Source: Octopus bimaculoides
Taxonomy: Eukaryota
DNA: 64,000 bases
Assembly: GCF_001194135.2 (NCBI RefSeq)
Contig: NC_068990.1
Span: 63,449,397-63,513,396, forward strand
Direction of reading: 5' to 3'
Shown: piece by piece, positions 52,221-64,000 of the stretch
Position numbering within the stretch: the first letter of the stretch is position 1
Layout: each line of letters opens with the position of its first letter
Notes under the pieces: generated by a model
What the model saw: only the letters and a program-made list of their open reading frames with translations
The model's database searches: none
Told to the model about the DNA's origin: nothing
Position numbers and translations under genes: made by a program

Positions 52221-52367
52221 TGTGGTAAGCAACTTGCTTCCCAACCACATGGTTCCGGATTCAGTTCCACTGCGTAAGACTTTCGGCAAGTGCCTTTCAC
52301 TATAGCCTCAGGCCGACCAAAGCCTTGTGAGTAGATTTGGTAGACGGAAACTGAAAGAAGCCCGCTG
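52221..52367 (+). mobile_element. SINE family B, 5' half only
   Basis: Head and CORE-like half ending in a (TA)n tract. Confidence 0.85.
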
Positions 52368-52417
52368 TATATATATACATATATATATGCATATATATAT
52401 ATATATATATATATATA

Positions 52418-53700
52418 CTCTACCTTCAAAATGCTTCTAACCAAAGATTACAAAGGTTTAAGAATAGCTTAGTTAAATTTTTCCGAAACATGGGTTTAAG
52501 CATTGCTTTTGACAATAATATATCTAAAGCCAACATTTTGGATATTACCCTTAACTTGCATAATGATTCATGTTTCCCATACCATAAATCCTCAACTAAT
52601 TTAAAATATATTAGCTCTTTCGGTAATCACTCTAAGGCTATTAGAAAGAATTTAGTTAGAAATATTTCACTTAGACTTTCTAGATTATCTGCTAATGTTG
52701 ATATATTCAACGATAAAGCTGAATTTTATAACTCTGCCTTACTTAAAGCAGGTTATAAAGAAAAAATTACCTATATTAACCCTGTCGACATTAATTCTAC
52801 CTCTGTTAAACAAGACATGAAATCAAGTCATAACGATATTAGCAATATTAATTTTATTTGGAGCAACAGCACCAAATCGTGTAAGGTAATTCTGCAGCAT
52901 AAGAGAGATAACCGTTATTTAAGACCCCTTTTCCTTATAAAAGTACATCGAGGACTTTTGAAAATAAGTAACCTGATAACAAGGTATCTCCTAGCAAAAC
53001 TATTTGATTAATAATTCCATATGGTAAGCAGACCAAATCCAACCTCCCTTATCAGTTTTATGAAGCTATAGAAAATAATTTCCCAAGAAATTGAAGACAC
53101 TATTCGATTATTAATTCACACCGAATCAGGATAGGTTTTTGTAACACAAAAAATCTTTCACAAATCATCTCTTCGCATAATAATAAGTTGTTAAATACAA
53201 ATCCACTTAATGAAAATAGAAACATTGATTTTGCTAATAGTAACCATTCTTTGAATAATAATAGCAGCAGTGTTATTGTTTCTGATGTTGATTCAAATCG
53301 CATACGTTTCCTTAGCAGTAATTCTAAGACTAGAAACTCTAGTTATCAATATAAAATTATTTCTGGTTCTGACGTCTTTTTTTATATAGTTGTACAAAAG
53401 AATAGTTAATCATTACTCTACATTTAGATATATCAATAAACGTAACAATACTGGACTTAGTAAATTAATTTGGTATCTAAAGAATCATAATAAACAATTT
53501 GATTTGGAATGTAATATTCTATCTATATCTTTTCCGTATGATAAAGGTAAATCTTTTTGTCCGCTCTGTAACAATGAAATGTATTTCATCCTGTTCTCAG
53601 AGAATCCTTTTGTAAACAAGTTTATAGAGTGCGTTTATCGTCGCAAGCATTGGCAAACACATACCTTTAGTTCCTATAAGTGATTTCTACCATTCTACCT
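52418..53700 (+). mobile_element. Penelope-like element (RT C-terminus + GIY-YIG), decayed
   Basis: Reads ILDITLNLHN..PYHKS..YIS..NH..LRLSRLS..YNSALLKAGY and YKRIVNHYSTFR..TGLSKLIWYLK..PYDKGKSFCPLC. Confidence 0.88.
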
Positions 53701-54095
53701 TCGACCTTTGACTGTCTTCTTACATTTCACTTCTACTAAATATATCTACTTCCAAGACTTTAAGCTTTATTTCTATTCACCTATCGCTCTATATTTCTCC
53801 ACTATTAGTTTTCTGCTCATTTCTTTCTTTCTCCTCCCTTTTTTTCTATAAACTACCTTTGACGTTAAATCCAGTAACGGTTTAAAAAGAAAAAAACTTA
53901 CTAGCGTTCCGTTGATCTTATACGCAGTCATCACATTCTGTTAAAATGTCTTATAATGTGTTTGGTTTCTTTCTTTCCTTGATGAGAAGATTGCATTGTT
54001 TTACACCATTTTATTCTTTCTGGAATAATACCAATGTTTTCTTCAAAACATATGTCGGAAGTAAAAGGATTTGAATAACACGTGCTTTTAACTCC

Positions 54096-54139
<44 letters not shown>

Positions 54140-54177
54140 GTATACATACACATATGTATGTGTGGGTATAATTTTGA

Positions 54178-54338
54178 GTGTCTGTGTTTGTCCCCCCAAC
54201 ATCATTTAACAACCTATGCAAAAGAGACCTACACAATAAGTATTATTCTTACAAATAATAAATCCTGGGGCCGATGTGCTTGACTAAAGGCGGGGTCCCA
54301 GCATGGCCTCAGTCAAATGACTGAACAAGTAAAAGAAT
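54178..54338 (+). mobile_element. SINE family B, 3' half only
   Basis: Starts after a (TA)n/(TATG)n tract and ends GACTAAAGGCGG..CAGTCAAATGACTGAACAAGTAAAAGAAT. Confidence 0.8.
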
Positions 54339-54363
54339 ATATATATACATATATTAAAGATAT

Positions 54364-54588
54364 ATGGAGAAGACGGGGTATAGCAAAAAGCATTCATTAG
54401 TACAAAAATTGTTTCGGCTTCAAGTTGTACTGCTCCCCAGTGGGTCCGGAACGATGCAATAACACCAGATGCATGTGTGCTCTTTTGCAGTTGCATTGTT
54501 TTTCGATCGCTAAGGAGCAGAGCAGCTTGAAACCGATACAAATGTTTGTTCTAATAAATGCTTTTTTGTTTAACTCCGCCTTCTCCAT
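54364..54588. mobile_element. foldback/MITE with ~97-bp arms and a short spacer
   Basis: Starts ATGGAGAAGACGG...; the reverse complement of the right arm is ATGGAGAAGGCGGAG.... Roughly 75% arm identity by eye. Confidence 0.75.
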
Positions 54589-54827
54589 TAATCTTTAAAA
54601 TATACACTATGTGCACCCCGGAGTTTCTGGACGTAGACCCAACGATGGATGCAAATCATCGTTGATGACGCCTGATAACCATAAGTGGTGAACGTACTCC
54701 GCAGACACATTACCTGAGACTTCGGATACTGCATTTAACGCCTACTTTCTAAACCTTAATTTTTTAACTTTAAATTCGACTGATATATATATATGCGTGT
54801 TATAATAGAGACATAAATACACACGCG

Positions 54828-54910
<83 letters not shown>

Positions 54911-54914
<4 letters not shown>

Positions 54915-55258
54915 TATTCTTTTATTCTTTTACTTCAGTCATTTGACTGCAGCCATGCTGGAGCATCGCCTTTAGTCGAACAAATCGACCCCAACACTTA
55001 TTATTTGTAAGCCTAGTACTTATTCTATCGGTTTATTTTGCCGAACCGCTAAGTTACAGGAACGTAAATACACCAACATCGGTTGTCAAGCGATGATGGG
55101 AGGACAAACATAGAAATACACACAAATACACACACATTCACTCGACGTGCTTCTTTCAGTTTCCGCCTACCAAATCCATTTACCCAAGGTGCCACGCAGT
55201 GGGACTGGACCCGGAACTATGTGGTTGAGAAGCAAGTTTCTTACCACACAGCCACGCT
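54911..55258 (-). mobile_element. SINE family B with an internal deletion
   Basis: Homologous to 3909-4279 but missing part of the CORE-like segment. Confidence 0.88.
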
Positions 55259-55499
55259 ATATATTATTTGTGTGCTCACACTGCAGTTTTATATAGACAT
55301 TTACACCTGAATTTCATTTCATTCAAACAGAAAGTTTCTTTTATTCGAGAGAAGATATTTTCAAAGTGCAAATTCAGTGAAGTTTACGGTTTTTCACCAA
55401 AGTACACGATAAAATTTACAATAAGTTTTCTGTTCGGCCCAAAACAGGTCATTGTGAGGATACAGGTTGTACATAGGATACCATAGCCTGTAATTTTAA

Positions 55500-56134
55500 A
55501 TTGTTTCAGACAGTAGACTGCGGCGTAGCTGGAGCACAACCTTGAAAGGTTTTAGTCGAACAGATAGATAGACTCCAGTATTTATTTGTAAGTTTGGTAT
55601 ATATTCTATCGGGTCCTTTTGTCAATTCGCTGCGTTCCGGATACGTGAGCAAATCAGCACCGGCTGTCAAACGTTAGGGAAAAGAGCAAGTACAGACACA
55701 TAGACACAGACACATAGACACAGACAGACAGACAGACAGATAGTGGTTGGCACTCCGTCGGTTACGACGACGAGGGTTCCAGTTAATCCGATCAACGGAA
55801 CAGCCTGCTCGTGAAATTTACATGCAAGTGGCTGAGCACTCCACAGGCACGTGTACCCTTAGCGTAGTTCTCGGGGGAGATTCAGCGTGACACAGAGTGT
55901 GACAAGGCTGGCCCTTTGAAATACAGGTACAATAGAAACAGGAAGATAGAGTGAGAGAAAGTTGTGGTGAAAGAATACAGCAGGGTTCGCCACCCACCCC
56001 ACCCCTGCCGGAGCCTCGTGGTTCTTTAGGTGTTTTCGCTCAATAAACACTTACAACGCCCGGTCTGGGAATCGAAACCGTGATCCTACGACTGCGAGTC
56101 CGCTGCCCTAACCACAGGACCATTGCGCCTCCAC

Positions 56135-56182
<48 letters not shown>

Positions 56183-56330
56183 CCACGTCACAGTTTCCGG
56201 CTACCACATTTACCGCAAAGCATCTATTGGCCCGAAGCTATATTAAAAACAGTTGTTTAAAGGTGCCGCACAGTGAGTCTGAACTCAGAAATTACGTGGT
56301 TGGAATGGGAAGTTTTTAACCATACTGCAA
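55500..56330 (-). mobile_element. old SINE family B interrupted by a SINE A1
   Basis: 3' half at 55500-55700 and 5' half at 56180-56330 surround GACA/GATA tracts and the nested SINE. Confidence 0.7.
55746..56134 (-). mobile_element. SINE family A1, full length, nested
   Basis: Reverse complement of the 5567 and 60398 copies. Confidence 0.92.
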
Positions 56331-56844
56331 AGTCTGCAGTTATAAGAAAGAAACTGAACTTCGTTTGGCATATACATTTTGAACAATTACGAAACATTTG
56401 GTTTATACGAAATTTTTGTAGCAGCAGTGACATCGTTCGTAAAACATACCGTTAAGATGACTAAGTACGGGAAACATAACATGTTAGCATATCGCTGGAA
56501 GGAAAAATGCTACGTGCAGAAAGTAAACATTTTCTGAACACATTTTAATCCATTTATCTTCGTAATTGTAAACGTTGTTTGTATTCATAAAATATATTAT
56601 TCATGTGTTTTTCGTATAGCTCACCTCTGTACTGACTATATGTTTTTAGTTTACATTCACTTACATATTCTTTGAAATTTGGGGAATGAATTTAGCACAT
56701 AACATTCGTTACAATTGTTTTTCTACCACTTTGTCTCAAACGATAATGTGGTTATATCTATGATTTATTATTGTCCAGTGTTTTATCAATGCTGCTTGTT
56801 ATTGTTACAACAACAACAACAATAATAATAATAATAATAATAAA

Positions 56845-56994
56845 TATTATTCTTTTCTACTCTAGGCATAAGGCCCGAAATTTTTTAAGGAGGGGGCCAG
56901 TCGATTAGATCTACCCCAGTACGCAACTAGTACTTAATTTATCGACCCCGAAAGAATAAAAAGCAAAGTCGACCTCGGCGGAATTTGAACTCAG
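56845..56994 (-). mobile_element. Meta-type SINE (family C), 5'-truncated
   Basis: Core plus an (AAT/AAC)n tail, ending at the B box. Confidence 0.88.
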
Positions 56995-57210
56995 CGACGA
57001 GCTGGCAGAATCGTTAGCACGTTACCTCCAAGTGAAATACTTAGCAGTATTTCGTCTGTCGCTACGTTCTGAGTTCAAATTCCGTCGAGGTTGACTTTGC
57101 TTTTCATCATTTAGCGGTCGGTGAATTAAGTACGAAAGAAACGCTAGGGTCGATGTAATAGGCTAGTCCCCTCCTCCGAAATTTCAGGCCTTGCGTCCAC
57201 AGCAGGAAGG

Positions 57211-57240
<30 letters not shown>
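56995..57240 (+). mobile_element. Meta-type SINE (family C)
   Basis: CGACGAGCTGGCAGAATCGTTAGCACG..GAGTTCAAATTCC followed by an (ATT)n(ATC)n tail. Confidence 0.88.
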
Positions 57241-57242
<2 letters not shown>

Positions 57243-57246
57243 CATC

Positions 57247-57302
<56 letters not shown>

Positions 57303-57303
57303 T

Positions 57304-57831
57304 GAGTGAAAGAGCAACGTATACCATCAAAGTGACACTGGGGAACAAATTTATGAAACTCAATATACTCATCATGACTACCCGTCTGATAACGGTACAT
57401 CAGCTACAAGCATCACAGCCAGTATGCGCGACATGATGATCTCATATCAAGATGAACAGTAGGTGGGGATCCAGTTAGAATTTTCTTCAGGTTGAGTAGC
57501 CGACCCCGCTCAAAAGGTTCAAGGATAATGAATGAAACAACTATGTTTCCAGAAGCAAATTATTCAAACCCCAAAGAATTCCTCTCAATACATGGCTCTG
57601 ATGCACTCCAACTACTTGCCCGTAAACAAAGATGCACATATCGTCAGCCACTAAGGGACACACTCAAATGGCTAAGGGCAAACCATTGACAAGCAAATTT
57701 GTGGTGTTGAGCAGAATATTTGCTGTAGCCTATCTTTTACACCAAGACAAAACAATGTACATGATAACACTTCCAATAAGTTAAGATCAGAAGCCATGAG
57801 AGCCAGTGCCTAGTATTGCATCAGGGCACTT
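57304..57831 (-). repeat. uncharacterised ~550-bp non-coding interspersed element, copy 1
   Basis: Homologous end to end with 58082-58577 and 58725-59282. Strand is inferred from the (AAT)n-tail polarity. Confidence 0.9.
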
Positions 57832-58078
57832 GACAGAATCGTTAACACGCTGGACGGGATGCTTCGCCCATCGTTACATTCTGAGTTCAAATTCCACCGA
57901 GGTTGACTTCGCTTTTCATCCTTTCAGAGTTGATAAATTAAACACCAGTGAAATACTGAGGTTGATGCGATCGACTAGTCCTCTCCCTCATATTTCAAGC
58001 CTTGTGCCTTTAGTAGAAAGGATTATTATTGTTGTTGTTGCTGTTGTTGTTGTTATTGTTGTTGTTGTTGTTGTTGTT
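57832..58078 (+). mobile_element. Meta-type SINE (family C)
   Basis: Core TTTTCATCCTTTCAGAGTTGATAAATTAAACACCAG and an (ATT)(GTT)n tail. Confidence 0.85.
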
Positions 58079-58081
58079 ATT

Positions 58082-58577
58082 GAGTGAGAGAGCAGTGCAA
58101 GCCATCAAAGTGACACTGGGGTACAAATATACGAAGCCCAGTAGATTCGTCATGACTACCCATCTCATAAGGGTACACCAGGCACATGCAGCACAACTCA
58201 TATCAAGATAAACAGTGCATGACCTTGCAGGTGGGGTAGGTTAGAATTTTCTTCAGGTCGAGTAGCCGATCCCGCTCAAAAGGTCACTGAAAATGGGTTG
58301 TTTACGGATGTTGAACAAAACACCCATGTTTCCAGAGGTGAATTATCCAAACCCCAAAGAATTCCTCTCAACACGTAGCCATAATGCCCTCTCGCTATTT
58401 CTGCTCGTGATGAAAGATGCACATATCATCAGCCACTAAGGGACATGTTCAACTGGTGTCAAGCAACTGACAAGAAAACTTTTCCTATTAAGCAGAATAT
58501 TTGCCGTAGCCTATCTTTTATACCAACTAAGATCAGAAGACATGAGCGCCACTGCCTGGTGCTGCATCAGGGCATTT
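58082..58577 (-). repeat. uncharacterised ~550-bp element, copy 2 (about 40-bp deletion)
   Basis: GAGTGAGAGAGCAGTGCAAGCCATCAAAGTGACACTGGGG...CTGCATCAGGGCATTT, with trinucleotide tracts on both flanks. Confidence 0.9.
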
Positions 58578-58613
58578 ACCATTATCATAATAATAATAAT
58601 AATAATAATAATA

Positions 58614-58724
<111 letters not shown>

Positions 58725-59278
58725 GAGTGAGGGTGCAACACATGCCATCAAAGTGACACTGGGGTACAAATATACGAAGCTCAATGCACCCATCATGACT
58801 ACCCGCCTGGTAAGGGTACCCCAGGCACATACATCACAGGCATATGTGCGCGACATGGTGATCTCATATCAAAATAAACAGCGCATAACTTTGCAGGTGG
58901 GACCCAGTTAGAATTTTCTTCAGGTCGAGTAGCCCATACTGCTCAAAAGGTCCATGAATAAGGTTTGTTTTAAGGAAGATTAACAAAACACCCATGTTTC
59001 CGGAGCTGAATTATTCAAACCCCCAAAGAATTCCTCTCTACACAGCTATGATGCCCCCTCACTGCTTCTGCTCATTATGAAAGATGCACATATCGTCAGC
59101 CACCAAAGTACATGCTGAACTGGTTATAGTCAAGCAACTGACAAGTAAAATTGTGGTGTTGGGCAGAATATTTGCTGTAGCCCATCTTTTATACCAAGAC
59201 AACCAATGTACATGATAACACTTCCAATCATTTAAGATCAAAAGCCGTGAAAGCCACTGCCTGATACTGCATCAGGGC

Positions 59279-59282
<4 letters not shown>
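58725..59282 (-). repeat. uncharacterised ~550-bp element, copy 3
   Basis: Same termini as copy 2, with (ATT)n on both flanks. Confidence 0.9.
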
Positions 59283-59344
<62 letters not shown>

Positions 59345-59348
59345 CATT

Positions 59349-59700
59349 GTTCAGCATTTGGTAGTTCCAGGCAAATTTCTACTGCATCGCCTGCTACACC
59401 TCTGTGTTGCTGGCGTGTGCGCAGCATTGTGTGTTCATTTTGTCGTTGGGAGTGTACAAACTTCTCCCGGTATTGTATTGTGTCAGTTTCTTTTTTCATG
59501 GAGTGTGGTGCAGTTTTTTTTTGTATATTAGTGTTTGTATTGTGTGCTGTGCGTGTAATGCGCTGGGTTACTAGCCTGCAGCTGGTAGTTTATTTTATTG
59601 GGTATTTATTATACATTGTCTGTCTTGTGTTTGTGGATTGCTTTGTTTGGGTTGTATTTTTGAATTGATTGTGTTTTGCATAGGATATGGGCTGTTCTTA
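59349..59700 (-). mobile_element. R4/Dong-like LINE extreme 3' end + 3' UTR
   Basis: Minus strand reads RTAHILCKTQSIQ (compare GTAHILRKVL at 47840), then an A/C-rich UTR ending in (AAT)n. Confidence 0.55.
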
Positions 59701-59720
59701 TATCATCGTCAACATTACTA

Positions 59721-59758
<38 letters not shown>

Positions 59759-59781
59759 GTTATTTGTTGTTGTTGTTGTTT

Positions 59782-59816
<35 letters not shown>

Positions 59817-60064
59817 AAGGCAGCGAGTAGACAGAATAGTTAGCACGCCGGCAGAATGCGTAGCGGTATTTCATTTGCCTCCACGTTCTGAGTTCAAATT
59901 CTGCCGAGGTCGACTTTTCCTTTCATCCTTATCGGGTCGACAAATTAAGTACCAGCTGAGCACTGGGATCGATGTAATCGATTAATCCCCTCTCCTCAAA
60001 TTTCAGGCCTTGTACCTTTAGTGGAAGGATTTTTATTATTGTTGTTGTTGTTGTTGTTGTTGTT
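59817..60064 (+). mobile_element. Meta-type SINE (family C)
   Basis: Full head, core and (ATT)(GTT)n tail. Confidence 0.9.
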
Positions 60065-60310
60065 GAAACAGTGGACTCGCAAAATCGTTGACACGCCATG
60101 CAAAATGCTTAGCGGTAGTTCGTCCGTCATTGCGTTCTGAATTGAAATCCCACCGACGTCGACTTTGCCTTTCATCCTTTCGGGATCGATAAATTAAGTA
60201 CCAGTTGAATACTGGGGTTGTTGCAAGCGACTTATCCCCTCCTCGGAAATTGCTCACCTTGTGCCAAAAACTTCAGATCATTATTATTGTTGTTGTTATT
60301 GTTCCTATCG
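60065..60310 (+). mobile_element. Meta-type SINE (family C)
   Basis: Core GCCTTTCATCCTTTCGGGATCGATAAATTAAGTACCAGTTG and an ATT/GTT tail. Confidence 0.88.
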
Positions 60311-60397
60311 TTTGGTATTATCATTATTATTAATTTGTTTTCCTTATTACAATTTTCGTATTTATATTGTTTTCCTTCCCTATATAAGCAACGTCGT

Positions 60398-60774
60398 GGA
60401 GGCGCAATGACCCAGTGGTTAGGGCAGCGGTCTCGCGGTCATAGGATCGCGGTTTCGATTCCCAGACCGGACGTTGTGAGTGTTTATTGAGCAAAAGCAC
60501 CTAAAAGCTCCACGAGGCTCCGGTAGGGGATGGTGGCAAACCCTGCTGTACTCTTTCACCACAACTTTCTCCCTGTTTCTGTTGTGCCTGTAATTCAAAG
60601 GGTCAGCCTTGTCACATTGTGCCACGCTGAATGTCCCCGAGAACTACGTTAAGAGTACACGTGTCTGTGGAGTGCTCAGCCACTTGCACGTTAATTTCAC
60701 GAGCAGGCTGTTCCGTTGATCGGATCAACTGGAACCCTCGACGTCGTAAGCGACGGAGTGCCAACAACAGCAAC
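60398..60774 (+). mobile_element. SINE family A1, full length with 12-bp TSD
   Basis: TSD ATAAGCAACGTC at 60384-60395 and 60775-60786. Confidence 0.95.
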
Positions 60775-60983
60775 ATAAGCAACGTCAAATACTTATTCTT
60801 AGAACAAAGCAGAGACGACTTAATGCTAACCTGATGAAGTACCACGCTAACATATTCAACCAAACATTTAGTGTAACTTTTCGCATGGCATCATTTACAT
60901 ACAATGCAATTAGAAACGGAATGATATTGGGACATATTAACGAATATCAAAAGATGTGCTAAATTCATACTTATTTTCATGTA

Positions 60984-61246
60984 TGCTCGTGAAGTTAACG
61001 TGCACGTGGCTTAGCACTCCACAGACACGCTTACCATAACGCATTTCTCAGCGAGATTCATTGTGACACTCAATTTGATAAGGCTGGCCCTTTGAAATAC
61101 AGGTACAACTCATTGTGGCTAGCTGAGTGCACTGGAGCGACATGATATAAAGGCTCTTGCTCAAGGACAAAATGAACCACCGGGAATCGAACTCGCGGCC
61201 TTATGATCGGGAGTCAAATACCCTAACCACTAAGCCACACGCCTTC
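60984..61246 (-). mobile_element. SINE family A2, 3'-truncated
   Basis: Head GAAGGCGTGTGGCTTAGTGGTTAGGG..GAGTTCGATTCCC, CCTTGAGCAAGA body and A-type tail segment. Confidence 0.85.
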
Positions 61247-62899
61247 GCTAGAATGTGTATAGGTACACACACATATATACACGTGTGTACATGTGTGAGG
61301 GTATGTGTGTGTGTCTGTGTCTGTTGAGATATGATAATGAAGAATGAAGAATAAAGCATTTTTTTTTTAATCAAAAACTATTTTTTTCATATTATAAAAG
61401 TATTTTCTTTATATTCTGACACGTGTTTCTGCCGAATAAATGTCATAGTGTCGTTTGATATAATACTTTGGTGCATTTCATCGATTTGTATCATAATAAA
61501 TGTACGTTTAATTTCAAAGATTTACAATCCTATACAGCTTTATTCGAGATGCTTACTATACAGGTGGGTGATGCGACCGAAATATTCTGGTATAAAATAC
61601 AAATTCCGAAAATTCTCTTGAAAAAAATAAACTGTAAAATTCGAATAACGTTCTATTCTTTATTATTAACGTCGTGATTCTCTGCTTTCTACGTGAAATC
61701 CATTGAAGCGAACTCGGGACTTACCAATTGATGAGAGTATAGTTTAATTGTTTATTCTAAACGATTCTAAATGCTTCCTATCAATCGATGTAGTTAGCCC
61801 AAGTCTGGAGTTTATCAGAGTGCTCGTAAGGTCTCTGCCCGGATTTAAATTAGAACGGACTGTTGCCTGTCTATTAAAAACACAGACAAATACTGGTACA
61901 TCAAATGTCATGCAACATGAATCATTCCCTCTCTAGAGGTTGTGTCACAATTACCAAATAGCAAATTCTATATAAAATAACCTCAAGAATCAACTACTTT
62001 GCAAAGTTGACACGCCATTAATAAAAAAAGTACATGTTATGGTCTGGAGGTGTGTCGTTTTGAAGCACATCTTCGTGTTCACACTAATGAAATATATCTA
62101 TATAGATGCTTTATTTTAAATTATATATACACAGCATTTGTAATTTCTGGTGAATTCTATTGCCGTACTATTACACATCGAAACGAAAGACTGGAAAATA
62201 TGGTATATTTTTTAAATTCCATGTTACACTTATTTCATTACAAGATAAGAGTTACAAAGGTATACGTGTATCTATTAAAAAAAAAGGTTTAGAAAATTCT
62301 ATCCGTAATTTTTCAAAGAGTCAAAAATAATATTTTTTAATCCTTGTCTGAAGTGTTCGACCTCTGCAACAATTAATCCAGACATGTTTTTCTTTCCGTT
62401 TTTTACCTCTCTCCATTTGTTTTCTATCCTCAGACGAGCGTAGGCTCGAAACATCAAACACCTTGTCTGTTTTCCTCTCAACTGTCTTTGTATTTTCTTT
62501 TTGTACAATTTCGTACTATATATATNNNNNNNNNNNNNNNNNNNNNNNNNNNNNNNNNNNNNNNNNNNNNNNNNNNNNNNNNNTATATATATAAGTGATT
62601 TCCCTAGTAGAATAAAGAGGGAGATAATTAATTCTTTATAACATTTGGTGGGATTAGATATCTGAATAATAAATTATTATAAGGAAATACAGGGTGCGGA
62701 AGAAGTAACGCCCTTTTATATTGAATCATGTTGTCTTGATGAAAACGATACTTAATAAATTTCTTAAAACTTCTGCGATTTTTTTATTTGTTTATTATTT
62801 GCTTTCAAGAAACTTGGGGAAAAGATGGAAAAAGAAGATTTAAATTCAAATATGAATTACTTGGTTATAAATGTTTTCATATGCCTCGATGTTACAATA

Positions 62900-63752
62900 T
62901 GAGTTTACGTGAGTTTTTAGAAAAGAACAGACATTTATTCAAAATGAGTCCAGTTACGTATGAGGAATTGAAGGACGCATTCACTCGTCTGAAGGCAAAC
63001 AAAGTGTGTAGATATAACTCCTTGAGTATAAGGTTTTTTTTTTAATTTCATAAAAGTTCCATTATTACATGTCTTCAATATTACGTTTGCATTTAGAGTA
63101 TTTCCGGTTTAAATGAAAATAGCAAAAGTCATGTCACTTTTTAAATCAGGAGCAAAAATTGAAGTTGGTAATTACCGACCAATAACAATCTTACCAGTCT
63201 TCTCCAAATTGTTAGGGAGACTCATGAACTCTCGTCTGAATGATTTCGTTGAGAAGAATAATCTTTTTTCATCCCAGAGAATTTGATTTTCGAAAAAGTT
63301 CTGCTGTAGACTATAGGCTGATTGAAATCATTAATTACATCACGGCAGTTATGTCAAATAAAAGTGTTATAGTTGGAGTTTTCATCGAGTTTTTATCAGT
63401 AAAGCTTTTGACATTGTTGATCATAGAATACCCATAGAAATAACTTGAAAATTGGAGTTACTGGGAAAGAAATGGCATAGTTCAAAAGTTACGTAGGTAA
63501 TAGACATCAGTTTGTGGTAATTGATGACACCGAATTCGCGTACAAACCAATAGCTTGCAATGCTCCTCAAGGCTCAATATTAGGCCCCCTCCTCCTCTTT
63601 CTTATGTATGTTAACGATATGCAGTTCCACTTCGACATGTTATGTTTGCCGGTGATACGAAACTTTCCTTAGCTGGTAAAGATTACCATATATTATTTAA
63701 AGAAAGGAAGAACCAATTATCATTCGTAAATGACTGATATTCAGCAAATAAA
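62900..63752 (+). mobile_element. CR1/L2/Jockey-group LINE RT fragment, decayed
   Basis: Motifs KIAKVMSLFKSG..GNYRPITILPVFSKLL, FRKSS, KAFDIVDH, NAPQGSILGP..MYVNDM and FAGDT (FADD-like). Confidence 0.9.
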
Positions 63753-64000
63753 TGAGCAGATTGTCGGAAGGTGCTAGTTCGTTGCAGCCGTTTCCGCCAA
63801 GAGGCAACGAAATCTTCCAGGTGGTCTCCATCGCTTCAGTGTTATGTAGGGATGAGCAGGTAAGACTTGGATAATGAATGTGCCTCTAGGCTTCTCCAGA
63901 GGGTCTAAGTGGTTGGGAGGGCTAAGACGTATGAAAACAGTTAATAATAGCTAGTGTTTGTTGTCTTTTTAAAAGAGGTAGAAAAAGAATAAGAGTAAGA

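Noticed and set aside
992-52248. Long ORFs in the supplied track containing X runs or YI/HT/CV/LLL/NNN repeats
   Set aside because: They are read-through of N gaps and dinucleotide/trinucleotide microsatellites, not genes.
58395-58450. CTGATGA...GAAA on the minus strand of element X copy 2, preceded by GTC (type III hammerhead-like)
   Set aside because: Stems I and III pair over only 2-3 bp, stem II is mismatched, and the other two copies lack GAAA at this position.
63755-64000. Possible Penelope 3' end with CTGAAGCGA...GAAAC on the minus strand
   Set aside because: The core deviates from CTGANGA, no clear stems form, and the coding similarity is too weak to assign at the window edge.

Overview
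Eukaryotic, AT-rich, microsatellite-dense scaffold sequence with 12 N-gaps (1065-1277, 6468-7168, 10268-10979, 13467-13476, 16272-16281, 25413-25712, 30879-31350, 37448-38186, 39749-39758, 45321-45330, 51790-51917, 62526-62583). The SINE families and (CA)n/(TA)n/(ATT)n load point to a coleoid cephalopod, most likely Octopus (inference from remembered repeat families; no search was run). I find no intact protein-coding gene, rRNA, true tRNA or CRISPR array. Most ORFs in the supplied track are microsatellite or N-gap read-throughs. The window is mainly decayed transposable elements: several tRNA-head SINE families, about eight fragments of R4/Dong-like (restriction-like endonuclease) LINEs, one L1/Tx1-like, one RTE-like and one CR1/L2-like LINE, about five Penelope-like fragments, two Tc1 and two mariner remnants, MITE/foldback elements and a Helitron 3' end. 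The most interesting structures are: (1) chains of retroposons joined almost only by (ATT)n-type tracts with a consistent polarity, including three copies of an unexplained ~550-bp non-coding element (56.8-60.3 kb); (2) a possible decayed leucine-rich-repeat (Toll-like) gene on the minus strand at about 43.2-46.3 kb; (3) a 286-bp direct repeat with a single mismatch, which overlaps that candidate gene. Fragment boundaries are approximate unless a TSD or TIR is quoted. Family names come from recognised motifs and need database confirmation.
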